Source of the DNA: a virus
Strand: one strand, 5' to 3'
Length of the DNA: 64,000 nucleotides
Virus record (IMG/VR): IMGVR_UViG_3300050144_000109
Location: 1-64,000 of that record
Part shown: piece by piece, positions 17,861 through 28,498 of the stretch
Layout of the letters: each line of letters opens with the position of its first letter
Position numbering within the stretch: position 1 is the first letter of the stretch
Translations under genes and position numbers: made by a program
Notes under the pieces: model-generated
Seen by the model: only the letters and a program-made list of their open reading frames with translations
The model's database searches: none
Told to the model about the DNA's origin: nothing

Positions 17861-19654
17861 TTAAATTTCAGCAACACGTTTACTAATGACAAAATACTTC
17901 CTAGCCAAAGACCGCGTATAATTGTTTACATGGTCTTGTAAGCGACCCAGATACGTGTAGATTTGACTAGGGTAGATGCTCATCAGGTTCTTCACAAACA
18001 CAGACAAACCAAGAGCTAACTGAATTGTTTCAGAATCCACAGTCTGCTCACTTTTCATCTTCTCAGCAATGGCAGCCGCCTTGTGCTCAAAAGATTCAAT
18101 ACCTGCCAGAATCTCGTCAGACAATTTCTTATCATAGATGTTGGCAAGCTTGTCAAGATACTCCTGAATAGTCATCAGATCATCAGCCCTGACTTTCTCA
18201 ACAATTGCATTGTTATCCAGCGTGACACTGTTATAGTCGGGATCCTTTACAAACTCCAATCGAATCTTACCGATGTGCTTTTCCACAGCCAGCAAGTCAT
18301 CTGGATCTTTAGGTGCAATCGTACTGATGCAGTAATCTCCAATGTACCCAGTCAAGCTAACTCGAACGAGTTCCTTCTCACCGGGGACCTCGTCTTTTTT
18401 GACGTCATTGCCGGATTGCAGATTGGCTTTCACCAGTTGCAATTCCCCGAGCAACGCACGTCTATCTTCCGTAGAGGTTAGACTGCCCATGATCTTCTCG
18501 TAAGACTGAATAGAAGCTTTGAACTTGGAATGGTCCAGGTAATCCTTGTAGTCTTCTTCAAGCTCAGAAACAGTATCTGCAATCCCTTTCAAAATTCCCT
18601 TGGCATCCAGCACTTTATTGTCAAGACGGAATAAATGGAAATCACCATACCTCAGAGGAGTCGCCGCCTCACGGATTTTGTTTCTTAAATCCAATGCTTT
18701 TTGAATTTCTTCTTCAGTGAGCTTGTCCGAAGGTTTCTTATCTTTCTTTTTCTTCTCAACACTTTCTACAATTTTAGAAATCTCATCATTTTCATGCGCA
18801 GGACCGATAGCTGCATCTCCAGCAGCAGCAATGTCTTCAATGATTTTCTTCTTGTCTGGGCCGGCAGCCTTGATTTCATCCAAAGCTTCTTTGATAACGG
18901 CCTTGGTTTGCTTGGTGCGCTCGACTTGCTTGTCTCTAGCCTTGAAGAAGAAACCAAAGAAATCCTTGATCCACCCCATCACTCGCTTCAGGCTATTCAG
19001 AATAGCTTCCCAGATGTTCTTCAAGCTAGTGGCAATTCCCTCCATGGCCAAAACGTTGCGTTCACGTTTCGTAACGGGATTCTTAAAGCCTTCTAGCGAT
19101 ACACCTTTTGACTTAGGGTAACCCAGTCGAGCGCGCATGTGGTTGATTGCAATTTGAATGGCTTCCATTGCAGGTGCTTCAATGCCCCCATACGGCAATG
19201 CAGTCTGGAACTGTCCGTGGATAGCGTCAAGTGTCTGGGCAGTGCCCAGAGCCTTTTCAATGGCGTCTGACGCTCCTTCTAGCTCGACTGCAATCTGCTT
19301 GGCGTTTACTTCATCTTCGTCTTCTGAGAAATTCATTGACTTGACAGCTGCCGCAGTCCCAATATCCTCTTTGGCTTCGTCAAGTTCTTCTTGCTGCTCA
19401 ATCTCTTTGCTTTGCTCAACGACCTTGTCAACAGACATCTCGCCCACTTCAGGACGAGGTTTGTCTTCAGGTGCAACTTCTTGCTCCTCTTCAGGCGCAT
19501 CCGCACTTTCCTCAGGTGCAGCTTCTTCACCAGCATCCTCACCATCAGCCTCTTCAGGAGCCTGCTCCTCTTCACCGCCAATGGTTTCCTCAGTATCAAG
19601 TCCCTCTGAACCATCGTCAGATTCTTCGCTCAGCAGTCCAATGTTAAAAGCCAT
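17861..19654 (-). CDS. Internal head protein paralog with long acidic propeptide
   Basis: MAFNIGLL; APEE repeats; SLE/AME; IWEAI..WIKDFF. Confidence 0.8.
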   Translation of the reverse strand: MAFNIGLLSEESDDGSEGLDTEETIGGEEEQAPEEADGEDAGEEAAPEESADAPEEEQEVAPEDKPRPEVGEMSVDKVVEQSKEIEQQEELDEAKEDIGTAAAVKSMNFSEDEDEVNAKQIAVELEGASDAIEKALGTAQTLDAIHGQFQTALPYGGIEAPAMEAIQIAINHMRARLGYPKSKGVSLEGFKNPVTKRERNVLAMEGIATSLKNIWEAILNSLKRVMGWIKDFFGFFFKARDKQVERTKQTKAVIKEALDEIKAAGPDKKKIIEDIAAAGDAAIGPAHENDEISKIVESVEKKKKDKKPSDKLTEEEIQKALDLRNKIREAATPLRYGDFHLFRLDNKVLDAKGILKGIADTVSELEEDYKDYLDHSKFKASIQSYEKIMGSLTSTEDRRALLGELQLVKANLQSGNDVKKDEVPGEKELVRVSLTGYIGDYCISTIAPKDPDDLLAVEKHIGKIRLEFVKDPDYNSVTLDNNAIVEKVRADDLMTIQEYLDKLANIYDKKLSDEILAGIESFEHKAAAIAEKMKSEQTVDSETIQLALGLSVFVKNLMSIYPSQIYTYLGRLQDHVNNYTRSLARKYFVISKRVAEI

Positions 19655-19680
19655 GATTTCTTATCCTAAAAAGTAAAGGT

Positions 19681-19726
19681 CATAAAAAGAGTATCCCTGA
19701 ATGGATCATACCATCAGGGATACTCT
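19681..19726 (-). terminator. Hairpin followed by TTTTTATG
   Basis: AGAGTATCCCTGA / TCAGGGATACTCT. Confidence 0.7.
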
Positions 19727-19746
19727 CAGAGCAGATCAAAAAAAGA

Positions 19747-21186
19747 TCACAGGTATTGCGCCAAGCTTTTCTCAGCAAAGTTCAATTGTGCATTGAGTAC
19801 TTTGAATGCATAGGTGTGTACACCGGTACCCAGATTCGACATCAGATTCAGCAAAGCATTGCAGTACGCTTTAATGTTAGAACTAGACGACCCTTCAGTC
19901 ATGATTTCATTGACTGCATTGTCAATGTCTCTAGTCTTCCAGGGCTTGTGCAGGACTTCCAAGTTCCAATGCTCCAACCCAAGCATGTTTTGTCTGACTT
20001 CTTCCAGAGTCTTCTTGATGTCTTCCAAGCTCATGGTGTCGAACATCAAAGCTGAATCAATCTTGATGCGACTACCAGTACCCTCTACCTTTTGTTTGGC
20101 AATGTAGTTGGCTGTCATGGCGCCTGCTGCCAAACCAAGCAGCGGATTCACAGTAGCCAACCACACAGTCATCGGAAGAGCTACAATCGCAACAATCTTA
20201 CTTTTGAGAACCTTGTAAGATTGTGGATCGTAGTGTGACAATTCAAAGCCTACATTCTCTAATGACTTCAAGGCCAACAGCCCAGTTGCATTTCCGTGCA
20301 CCACTTGTGTATAATAAGCACGCGCTCCAGGAAGCTCCACCGATCTCAAATAAATGTTGTCCCCTTTTGGAGTTCCCCAGCCTACACTTCGGTGAAACGG
20401 AGTCATTCCCTTGAGTTCAAAGTCTTTTCCGTTAAAGCTCAAGTTCTGGAACACCGCATCGGTTACACCAGCACTCAGATTGTCTTTGAGCCACTGGGTG
20501 TATTTGCTCAGAACATCGTGCGCCATGACCGTGTGTCCAGAGACAAATGTTTGCAAAGCGTGGCTGACCTCAGAGTGCTTCTTGATGAACCCGGACTGGT
20601 AACAAAGATACTCGCACCAAGGCTCAGCCTTGATGAAGTACAACTTTGGTTTGTTCTCTTTGACCGTGTGCAGTTTCTCTTCAATCCGACTGAGTTTGTA
20701 TTTGATGGCCAAAATGTTCCGATTGAATTGGCCTGCCACCAAAGCAATGTGCTTAGCGACTTGAAGAATCTTCTCTTTTAAAAACGAGAAAACAGAAGCA
20801 ATCTTCTCCTTGATGTCTTCCAATGCAGTCTGAAGACTGTCTCCGCCGTCTAGACTCTCCATAGAGAAGGCCAACTTGTCAGAACGAATGCCTGCCTTGT
20901 CAAACAAACCCTCTACAGCGACATTTGCTAAAATCATGGACTGCTTGGTGAGCAGTCCTTTGTCTGCGCTTTGACGAATGAAGTTAGCGACCGCATCCAA
21001 ATTCACAACAGCGTCTGTTTTCTGCATCAAGTCCTGATGCAGCCCATGACCTACAATGTCAAGTTGTTCTGATTCTTCCAGTAAAGGATTCTCAGACTCT
21101 AGACAGGCTTGCAGGTATTCTTGCTCCGCGGTGATGGCTTGGAAGTCCAGCACAGGAGTTTCATCAACATCTTCAAATGACAACAT
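19747..21186 (-). CDS. Internal head protein paralog
   Basis: Acidic N-terminus, SME/ALE sites, hydrophobic hairpin. Confidence 0.75.
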   Translation of the reverse strand: MLSFEDVDETPVLDFQAITAEQEYLQACLESENPLLEESEQLDIVGHGLHQDLMQKTDAVVNLDAVANFIRQSADKGLLTKQSMILANVAVEGLFDKAGIRSDKLAFSMESLDGGDSLQTALEDIKEKIASVFSFLKEKILQVAKHIALVAGQFNRNILAIKYKLSRIEEKLHTVKENKPKLYFIKAEPWCEYLCYQSGFIKKHSEVSHALQTFVSGHTVMAHDVLSKYTQWLKDNLSAGVTDAVFQNLSFNGKDFELKGMTPFHRSVGWGTPKGDNIYLRSVELPGARAYYTQVVHGNATGLLALKSLENVGFELSHYDPQSYKVLKSKIVAIVALPMTVWLATVNPLLGLAAGAMTANYIAKQKVEGTGSRIKIDSALMFDTMSLEDIKKTLEEVRQNMLGLEHWNLEVLHKPWKTRDIDNAVNEIMTEGSSSSNIKAYCNALLNLMSNLGTGVHTYAFKVLNAQLNFAEKSLAQYL

Positions 21187-21207
21187 GAATCACTCCTTAT
21201 GTTGTAC

Positions 21208-21795
21208 TCACCGAGTACCGTAGAGAATTTGAAGGCTATTGGCCAAATCCATGATGCCTCCAGGCTGCCGCACCCAGCGCACAATGAACTCACCCATCGG
21301 GACATTGCGCCGTGTCATCTTGAAACTGTCTTTGAGCAGGTACTCGCGCATCACAGGCGTGAAGGTGCGAGGACCTTTGTCATTGCGCCCTGCCGTGAGA
21401 ATGACGGACCATGCATTGGTCCCCATGCTGCGCTTGATGCCGCCAAAGACAAGCTTGAGTGTCTCGTCTAAGTACTTCGCATGGCTAGAACCATACTCCT
21501 CCGTCATCCACTGCGCAGAGACCCAGTCGAGTACGTTCATGTCACCAAAGTGACTGAGTGCAATCTTCAGAATTTTCTCTTTGAATTCAAAGGTCTTGAC
21601 TTCAGGAGCATCCGCCAAGATACTCGCCCACATGGCCTGCACTTCCAGTGACGCAGTGTACCTGTTGGTGGTTGCGATGCTGGTCTTGTTCAGGATCTGC
21701 TTAGCAACATCCGCTACTGCCATCTCTGGCGTTTGCTTTACACTGGCAGAGCCTAGAAAGCCAGAAGGATAAATCTTCAAGCCCACTTCAGACAT
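21208..21795 (-). CDS. Virion-associated protein
   Basis: Overlaps the upstream stop; virion operon. Confidence 0.7.
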   Translation of the reverse strand: MSEVGLKIYPSGFLGSASVKQTPEMAVADVAKQILNKTSIATTNRYTASLEVQAMWASILADAPEVKTFEFKEKILKIALSHFGDMNVLDWVSAQWMTEEYGSSHAKYLDETLKLVFGGIKRSMGTNAWSVILTAGRNDKGPRTFTPVMREYLLKDSFKMTRRNVPMGEFIVRWVRQPGGIMDLANSLQILYGTR

Positions 21796-22672
21796 GGTAG
21801 TTCTTCTCCATTTTTTGGATGCTGTAGTTCAGGCCATTGACACGGTCCTGCAGATACTCCAGCTCCTTTTCAAGCTTGGCATCTTGGGTGCGTTCCATCG
21901 TCTTCTGTAATTGCAACTGACGCAGTTGCAGCAGCTCCAGCTCAGCTTGAGCGGCCTTGTACTTGTTGGCTTGGTAGCTGGCGACCATCATGCCGATCAG
22001 ATAGAAAGGGCTGACCTTGACGCTGAGATTGCGCAGCTCAAACGGATCAGTCTTGCCTTCACCCAGTGTCGTGGAGAACGTCACCTCAGTCAGCTCAGAG
22101 ATAATCGCATCGGGCAGGCCAGCCACATGCTTCTTGAAGTCATCCACACTGCGCGTGAGCGCACGCAAAGCGATACAGAAGTCATCCACACCGTCTTGCA
22201 GCCATTTGACCTCAGCAGGCGGCATGACCACGTGCTGCTCAACGCCAGCTTGAATCGCTTCTTCAATGTAGATGTAATTGATCAGCTTGCGCGCATACGT
22301 GTTGGCAAACTCAGAAGCATTCACCACACGCACCAGCGTGGCCTTGGCATACGTCAGACCCACATTCGCTTCAGTGTTCGAGAAGATTTTCTTGGAATGA
22401 TCCCCTGCAAATTCCAGGATCAAGCAACCGTTGCTCAAAGCCTTTTGCACCACTTCAAACAAAGGCTTAGGTGAGACACCCTTCTTGATTTCAGACTCGA
22501 TCACCTGCACTGATTTTGCTTTGAACTTCGTGCCTTTCCAAAGTTCAACAGCTGTGTCGTAAGCGGGAAGCGTGTGTTCTCGAATAGACGTCTTGGTAAT
22601 CTCTGCACTGGTCAGCACAGCATTCTTAGAAAAGCTCGGCAGCAAGCTTGAAGCATATTGAAACAAATTCAT
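21788..22672 (-). CDS. Head / inner-body protein (phiKZ gp90-like)
   Basis: C-terminal coiled coil; synteny. Confidence 0.65.
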   Translation of the reverse strand: MNLFQYASSLLPSFSKNAVLTSAEITKTSIREHTLPAYDTAVELWKGTKFKAKSVQVIESEIKKGVSPKPLFEVVQKALSNGCLILEFAGDHSKKIFSNTEANVGLTYAKATLVRVVNASEFANTYARKLINYIYIEEAIQAGVEQHVVMPPAEVKWLQDGVDDFCIALRALTRSVDDFKKHVAGLPDAIISELTEVTFSTTLGEGKTDPFELRNLSVKVSPFYLIGMMVASYQANKYKAAQAELELLQLRQLQLQKTMERTQDAKLEKELEYLQDRVNGLNYSIQKMEKNYHV

Positions 22673-22704
22673 GTTAAGTCACTCCTAAACAAAATAAAAA
22701 AGAA

Positions 22705-23952
22705 TCAAAGAGAAGGAGCGTGACCGCCCAAGAATGCTTTCAAGATGTCACTCACATCCGGACCACCACCCTTGTTGCTCACCTTGATGTCGCGAACACC
22801 CATTTCAGTGCTTTGCGCAATGCCGCGGTGGTAGAACGTGATGCGGTCGAATCCCTTGTCGACAACGCCAAGGATCATCAAGTTAGAGGTATTGAAAATC
22901 TCACGACGAATCTTGGGATTCTCAATGCTACCCAACATCTTGTCTTGAATTTGGTCCAGCGTATCAGAAGAGATCAGCGCCAGATTGCTCGCAATCGCCA
23001 CTGAAGGATTCTTCTCAATCAGACCAGCAAACCAACCGTCCGTTTCACGGTCCAAGATTTCCTTGTAGGTATTGGTCTTGTCTTTGATGATGTTGTTGCG
23101 GTGGGATTCAATCAAGTCTTGACAAAGCACCAAGTCACGGAAGAAGCTCAGACGGCCAGAACGCCAGCCATGGAAGCGCTCTTTCAGGTCCATGTCTGAC
23201 ACAGAGTTGTGCGCGAAGATACCAATCAGTGAGCTGGTGGGAACCATCTTGGCCAGCAGGCGGATAGCAATCTTGACGACAGCAGTTTCTTTGCCAGAGC
23301 GCAGTGTCACGTCGTACAACTTGCCCACAGACAAAGGCGTCAGATCAGAGACCAGCTTTGTGACGTCCTTGGCATCTAGAGAACTGTGTGATCCTTTGGC
23401 ATTGGCTGCATTCAACGCTTCCTTGAGCTTGGCATTCTCAGCTTGTGCAGCAGCTAGCTTAGGATCGACTTTACCAGCAGCCTCTAGAGCCACCTTGTCA
23501 CGGCGAATCGTGATGTATTCCGCCTTAGAGTCAGAAAACCCTTCCAGTGCAGCGGTGCGCTTATTAGTAGGCAAGCGATGCTGATAAGAAGAAGCGCGCA
23601 GCTTGTGGTCATCTGCATAGTCCAAAAGACCAATGTCCAGCTTGCGATTCGGATTCAAAGGCGCCAGCATTTCAGCCACTTTGACACCGTCCACATTGGC
23701 CAGAATGTCCACAGCTTGCAGATAGTACCCAGCAAAGAGACCTTGCATTGTTTGAGCCACATCAGGCAAGTAGTCCAGACCCAACAAGTCAGGATCCACA
23801 ATCATCAAAGGCTCTACCCGCGCATGCCGGGACACGTCAATCAGGCTTTTTGCACCAGTCAAAGATTGTACATCGTCCAGTGCAGAAGCGACTTGACGGA
23901 CCAGATCCATGGCGCCACTGGCGGCGTCGCCAGCTGAGGAGATGGGGTTCAT
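22705..23952 (-). CDS. Head / inner-body protein (phiKZ gp89-like)
   Basis: SLIDVSRHARVEPL; internal ALE sites; synteny. Track start at 23952 is uncertain. Confidence 0.65.
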   Translation of the reverse strand: MNPISSAGDAASGAMDLVRQVASALDDVQSLTGAKSLIDVSRHARVEPLMIVDPDLLGLDYLPDVAQTMQGLFAGYYLQAVDILANVDGVKVAEMLAPLNPNRKLDIGLLDYADDHKLRASSYQHRLPTNKRTAALEGFSDSKAEYITIRRDKVALEAAGKVDPKLAAAQAENAKLKEALNAANAKGSHSSLDAKDVTKLVSDLTPLSVGKLYDVTLRSGKETAVVKIAIRLLAKMVPTSSLIGIFAHNSVSDMDLKERFHGWRSGRLSFFRDLVLCQDLIESHRNNIIKDKTNTYKEILDRETDGWFAGLIEKNPSVAIASNLALISSDTLDQIQDKMLGSIENPKIRREIFNTSNLMILGVVDKGFDRITFYHRGIAQSTEMGVRDIKVSNKGGGPDVSDILKAFLGGHAPSL

Positions 23953-23998
23953 AACGGTTGTTTCCTTGTTTCAAGTAATCGAAGGAGAAGAGAAGAAA

Positions 23999-25039
23999 AT
24001 GGCTAAAATTAACACATCAATCAATGATGTTTTTGGTGCCACGCCAGTAGGTCCCTTGGACGCTGCCATCGGGAATGTCTTCTATGGAATTAACCACAGA
24101 CAGTCTCCCACACCCGTACCAGTCAACAAAGACCAATACGGGCTTACCTTTTTCACACGTCCGCAGCTGAATCTCTCAATGCAGAACTCGCGGGCAGACC
24201 GGCGATTCATTCCATTGCTGACGAATGAGCCTGCCAGCATCCAGCGAATTATCCGTACCTACCTGGACCCCAGACTGTTCCAGCAAGACATCACTTGTCC
24301 GTTCGTAGATCCAAACCAAGTGTTCATGCCGCTGCTTACGAATCACCTGACTAATATTTCAGGTTGGCAAGATACAGTCGTAGAGACATTCACCAGTAAG
24401 CCGGGTGCTTATAAGGAGGTGTTTTCGATGGTGGATGGTGTTTCTGATAACTACAGCGCATACACGCTGACTGCTTCGTTTAGAAACATGACAGCAGACC
24501 CAATCACGTTGCTGTTCAGTACGTGGGCCATCTACCAGAGCAATGTCTACACTGGAAGAATGATGCCGTACCCTGATTTCATTGTCAAGAATGAAATCGA
24601 TTACAACACCAGAATTTATCGCTTGGTGTTAGACCACACCAAGACTTTTGTACAAAAGATTGCCTGCTGCGGAGCTGCATTCCCCACCAGTGTACCCATG
24701 TCCAAAGCATTTGATTTTCAAAACGATGTTCCTTTGAACATGTCGAACAATGAGATTCAAATCTCTTTCCAGTGTGTAGGCACCCTCTACAACGACGACA
24801 TCATTGTGCATGCTTTCAATAAAGCAGTTCAGATTTTCAACGTCAGTATGCGGGATGCTTACCTTGCCTCCACCATGGCCAAGATTCCTTACGCAGCTCT
24901 TCAGATTTTCAATGGACGTGGATATCCTAGAATCAACCCAAACAGTTACGAGCTAGAGTGGTATGTCTCTAAGGAAGAGTACCAAGGCGTGATGAATGCG
25001 TTCACGCAGTACCTCAAGGCCACCAAGTCTACAGCTTAA
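23999..25039 (+). CDS. Virion structural protein (tail/baseplate, phiKZ gp88-like)
   Basis: Start MAKINTS with AAGGAG; GLTFFTRPQLNLS, IDYNTRIYRL. Confidence 0.7.
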   Translation: MAKINTSINDVFGATPVGPLDAAIGNVFYGINHRQSPTPVPVNKDQYGLTFFTRPQLNLSMQNSRADRRFIPLLTNEPASIQRIIRTYLDPRLFQQDITCPFVDPNQVFMPLLTNHLTNISGWQDTVVETFTSKPGAYKEVFSMVDGVSDNYSAYTLTASFRNMTADPITLLFSTWAIYQSNVYTGRMMPYPDFIVKNEIDYNTRIYRLVLDHTKTFVQKIACCGAAFPTSVPMSKAFDFQNDVPLNMSNNEIQISFQCVGTLYNDDIIVHAFNKAVQIFNVSMRDAYLASTMAKIPYAALQIFNGRGYPRINPNSYELEWYVSKEEYQGVMNAFTQYLKATKSTA

Positions 25040-25070
25040 TTCAACCACTCATTTTCTTCTTTGTACAGCC

Positions 25071-28004
25071 ATGACCACTTTAGCCGTTTCTGATGTCATT
25101 GGTGACATCTCGCAATACAAATTCAACCCTGCTGGCATTCAAAGAGCTTCGCTCAGAGCACTCAATCAAGTCTATGATGGCACCATCAACATTGTCGATG
25201 CAACGAACCCGTTCATCTTCATGTTAGAATGTACAGCCATGAATACTTCGATCTTTATGGACCACAACCAGTCCACCACACGCAGGCTTTATTCTGCGGC
25301 AGCGGTGACTGAGGAGGATTTGTATTACCACATGTCAGACAAAGACTACATCAACCGCTTTGCAAAGCCAACGACTGCAAAGTTCAAGATGATGTTCTTG
25401 ATCAGAGAGTTGCTGGACGCCATGGTAGTGGATCCAGTCAATAATGTCAAGCGCCTGACCATTCCCCGTAATACAATCATCGAAGTCGCAGGCATTCCGT
25501 TCAGCTTGCAGTACCCGATCGACATTTGTCAATACTCACACGGCGGTATTCAGATCCTTTACAACGTGGATCAGCTCTCGCCGCTGCAAGACCTCACCAC
25601 CAACCTCATCAGTTTCGATACATTGACGACAGCGGACAATGTCAGCTACATTCGATTTGAAGTAGAGGCCATGCAATTTCGCATTGAAACTATGTTCAAT
25701 GACGTCTCGACGGCAGGCGGATTCACAACCGACATTGCCACCAGTGATTCCTTTTATTATGCACGGGTCTACATCCAAGACAGCCTAGGCGCATGGGAAG
25801 AAATCAAAACAACGCACACGTTGCAAGTCTATGATCCCACGGTCCCGACAGCAGTATTGCAAGTGTTCTCGAACTTGGTGCGTGTGACTATCCCAGTAGT
25901 GTACACCATGTCAGGACTGGTAAAAGGTAGAATCCGCGTAGATGTGTACGAAACAAAGGGCGCACTCAATCTCACACTCAAGAACTACAAGATCAATAAC
26001 TACTTTGCCAACTGGCACAATGTAGACAGCAAAGAGAACGATGCATTCAATGTAGCCATTCGCAGCGTCAAGACCATTGTTATTTATTCAGAGACAGTGC
26101 TGGATGGCGGAAGAGACGCGCTTTCATTTGCTGCACTCAGAGCCCGTGTGCTCAGCAATGCAATTGGTCCTCAAAGTCTACCTATCACCAATGTGCAGCT
26201 GCAAACCAAGCTAGAAGACATGGGGTATGAAGTCTCTAAGGATGTGGATACCATCACCAACCGCATCTACCTAGCCTCTAAGAGCTTACCCACCCCTACG
26301 ACAGACAAGTTGCTCACAGGAGCTACCTCGGCCATGCCATCGGTATTGATGTCGCTCAGAGAGGCAGCACTGGCACATGGAAGTTTCAGCAATGGTCCCA
26401 GAGTCACACTCAGCTCACAAGCCCTGTACCAAAATGTGTCCGGAGTCACCAAAGTAGTTTCTCAAGTAGACTATGATTCCTTGATGCAGCTCAGCATCCC
26501 AGAGCTATGTAAGACGGTTTCTAAAGGAAACTATTTCTATTCACCGTTCACATACGTTCTAGACGCTTCTTCAGACTTCTTCAATCTAAGACCTTACTAC
26601 TTAGACAACCCTTCGGTTGACATCAAGAACTTTGTTTCTGAGAATGCGTCGACCGGTTACCAAGTCTCAGTAGCACCAAGCTATACCGTTGTGAAAACAA
26701 ACGAAGGTTTTGAGCTGTACATCAAAACCAGCTCTACAGTCTCCTTTAGAGATCTCAGCGATTCACAGGTTGCTGTACAGCTTTCTTTCGTATCCATCAA
26801 CCAGTCAGATCCGGTGTTCCTCACCGGCGTACAGATTGCCAAAGACAAGATGTCAAGAGAGCGAACATTCAAGTTCACACTCACTTCTAGCTTTGACATT
26901 GATTCCGCAAACCGGTTAGAGTTGACTTCCTTCAGCAACAAGAACAACGCACTTCCTGTCATTGCGTCACTGGTACAGGAATTCAATATTTACTTCATTA
27001 CCACGGCACCAGTGTCGGGAGGCTACTTAGGCTCAACCATCGACTCTAAGATTGACAAGTCGGTTTTCTTATCGAATACACGGCCCGTTGGTCTCAGCCA
27101 TGAGACAGTCAAGATCAAGTTTGGAATTAGCTTAAGTAAGCTTTGGGCAAGATCACGCAGTGTGGTGTCGTCAGCACCTTATAAAATCTACGAGTCAGAT
27201 ATCCCTGCCTATTACAAGACAGACGTCTATGAGCAAGATTTGAATACAGGAACTTACTTTAAGATCAGTGATGATGGACAAATCCATTACACACTCAAGC
27301 ACAAGCGAGGAGACCCTATACTGGCTCCTGACGGCACCCAGCTCATCGAGTTTCACCGCGGTGAGCCTATGTACAGCAATGATGGAAAACCTATCCTAGC
27401 GGATGACTACCAAAGGTACATGGTTCGGATTCTAGACATCCTTCTCATTGACGGCGCATACTTCTTCGCCAATGACTCTGTGGTGAGTGATTACCGAAAC
27501 TATGTCATCAGTTCTATGATTGCGTGGATTGCAGATGAGCTGACTTATTACGACAGCAATACCCTCGATCAAACTCAAATCTTCTACCATCCAAAAGTCA
27601 ACACTGGGAACATCAATATCCTGAACAGTGACAATGAGAAAGTTACTATTGGCGCAGCGCAGTCTATGACTGTAGTGCTTTACGTCCCACCAAAAACATA
27701 CAACGATGACAAGCTAAAGAGTACTCTGACAGCAGCTACCATTAAAACCATTGACGCACAGTTTCAGAATGCACAAGTGGCAATCTCCTCCATTGTTGAA
27801 GCTTTGAAAGAGAAGTATGGAACAGATGTATTTGATGTGGAGATCAGTGGTCTGGGTGGGAGTTTAGGTCTGAGTGTGTTGACGGTGCTCGATACCTCCA
27901 ACCGCTTATCCATCAAGAAGAAACTGACAGCTCTTCCAGACAACACCATGCTCGTGGAAGAGGATATTGACGTACAGTTCAAAGTGCACGGTACTGTGAT
28001 CTAA
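25071..28004 (+). CDS. Large virion protein (baseplate wedge-like, phiKZ gp87-like)
   Basis: DATNPF..LE, GG.D..S...LR.R motifs reminiscent of baseplate J/gp6 proteins. Confidence 0.65.
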   Translation: MTTLAVSDVIGDISQYKFNPAGIQRASLRALNQVYDGTINIVDATNPFIFMLECTAMNTSIFMDHNQSTTRRLYSAAAVTEEDLYYHMSDKDYINRFAKPTTAKFKMMFLIRELLDAMVVDPVNNVKRLTIPRNTIIEVAGIPFSLQYPIDICQYSHGGIQILYNVDQLSPLQDLTTNLISFDTLTTADNVSYIRFEVEAMQFRIETMFNDVSTAGGFTTDIATSDSFYYARVYIQDSLGAWEEIKTTHTLQVYDPTVPTAVLQVFSNLVRVTIPVVYTMSGLVKGRIRVDVYETKGALNLTLKNYKINNYFANWHNVDSKENDAFNVAIRSVKTIVIYSETVLDGGRDALSFAALRARVLSNAIGPQSLPITNVQLQTKLEDMGYEVSKDVDTITNRIYLASKSLPTPTTDKLLTGATSAMPSVLMSLREAALAHGSFSNGPRVTLSSQALYQNVSGVTKVVSQVDYDSLMQLSIPELCKTVSKGNYFYSPFTYVLDASSDFFNLRPYYLDNPSVDIKNFVSENASTGYQVSVAPSYTVVKTNEGFELYIKTSSTVSFRDLSDSQVAVQLSFVSINQSDPVFLTGVQIAKDKMSRERTFKFTLTSSFDIDSANRLELTSFSNKNNALPVIASLVQEFNIYFITTAPVSGGYLGSTIDSKIDKSVFLSNTRPVGLSHETVKIKFGISLSKLWARSRSVVSSAPYKIYESDIPAYYKTDVYEQDLNTGTYFKISDDGQIHYTLKHKRGDPILAPDGTQLIEFHRGEPMYSNDGKPILADDYQRYMVRILDILLIDGAYFFANDSVVSDYRNYVISSMIAWIADELTYYDSNTLDQTQIFYHPKVNTGNINILNSDNEKVTIGAAQSMTVVLYVPPKTYNDDKLKSTLTAATIKTIDAQFQNAQVAISSIVEALKEKYGTDVFDVEISGLGGSLGLSVLTVLDTSNRLSIKKKLTALPDNTMLVEEDIDVQFKVHGTVI

Positions 28005-28017
28005 AAAAGAAAAGCAT

Positions 28018-28055
28018 CATAAGCAGGGTACCCTTTCGGGTACCCTGCTCTTATG
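28018..28055. terminator. Bidirectional hairpin with CATAA/TTATG flanks
   Basis: AGCAGGGTACCC-TTTC-GGGTACCCTGCT. Confidence 0.8.
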
Positions 28056-28067
28056 CCGTCTTAATTA

Positions 28068-28406
28068 CTAACCAAACACAAAACGTTCACCAGTCGGGAA
28101 GTTGATCACTGATGTCAACCAGCCAAAACTATCGCGCTCTCCGCAAGTGATTGGGTAACCAAACTCCTTGAGGACTTTGTGAGCTGCGAAGTTCGGTTGC
28201 CCGTCGGCAGTGATGCAGTACTGATCCGCAATCATTTCGATTTCATGCACAAGACCTTTGTATTCAGACCCAGTCCCTTCTGGAGTACCAATGTAGCTGA
28301 CGCCACAAAGGTCGTAAACCAGTCCCATGGCCTTTGCCATGGGGAGAAGCTTATCCAGCAGCCCTGCCAGACGCTTCATCTCTTCAGTCAGTTCATCGGC
28401 TTGCAT
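28068..28406 (-). CDS. Early hypothetical protein
   Basis: AAGGAG RBS; upstream promoter. Confidence 0.75.
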   Translation of the reverse strand: MQADELTEEMKRLAGLLDKLLPMAKAMGLVYDLCGVSYIGTPEGTGSEYKGLVHEIEMIADQYCITADGQPNFAAHKVLKEFGYPITCGERDSFGWLTSVINFPTGERFVFG

Positions 28407-28448
28407 GTTTCATTACTCCTTTAGCATTTGACCACAGTAGTCAAGTTA

Positions 28449-28478
28449 GTGATATGTGACTACAGAAATCTGGAATGT
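28449..28478 (-). promoter_or_regulatory. Putative early promoter
   Basis: Minus strand ACATTCCAGATTTCTGTAGTCACATATCAC, close to 37288-37315. Confidence 0.6.
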
Positions 28479-28498
28479 ATTTAAACTATCTCTGATAC

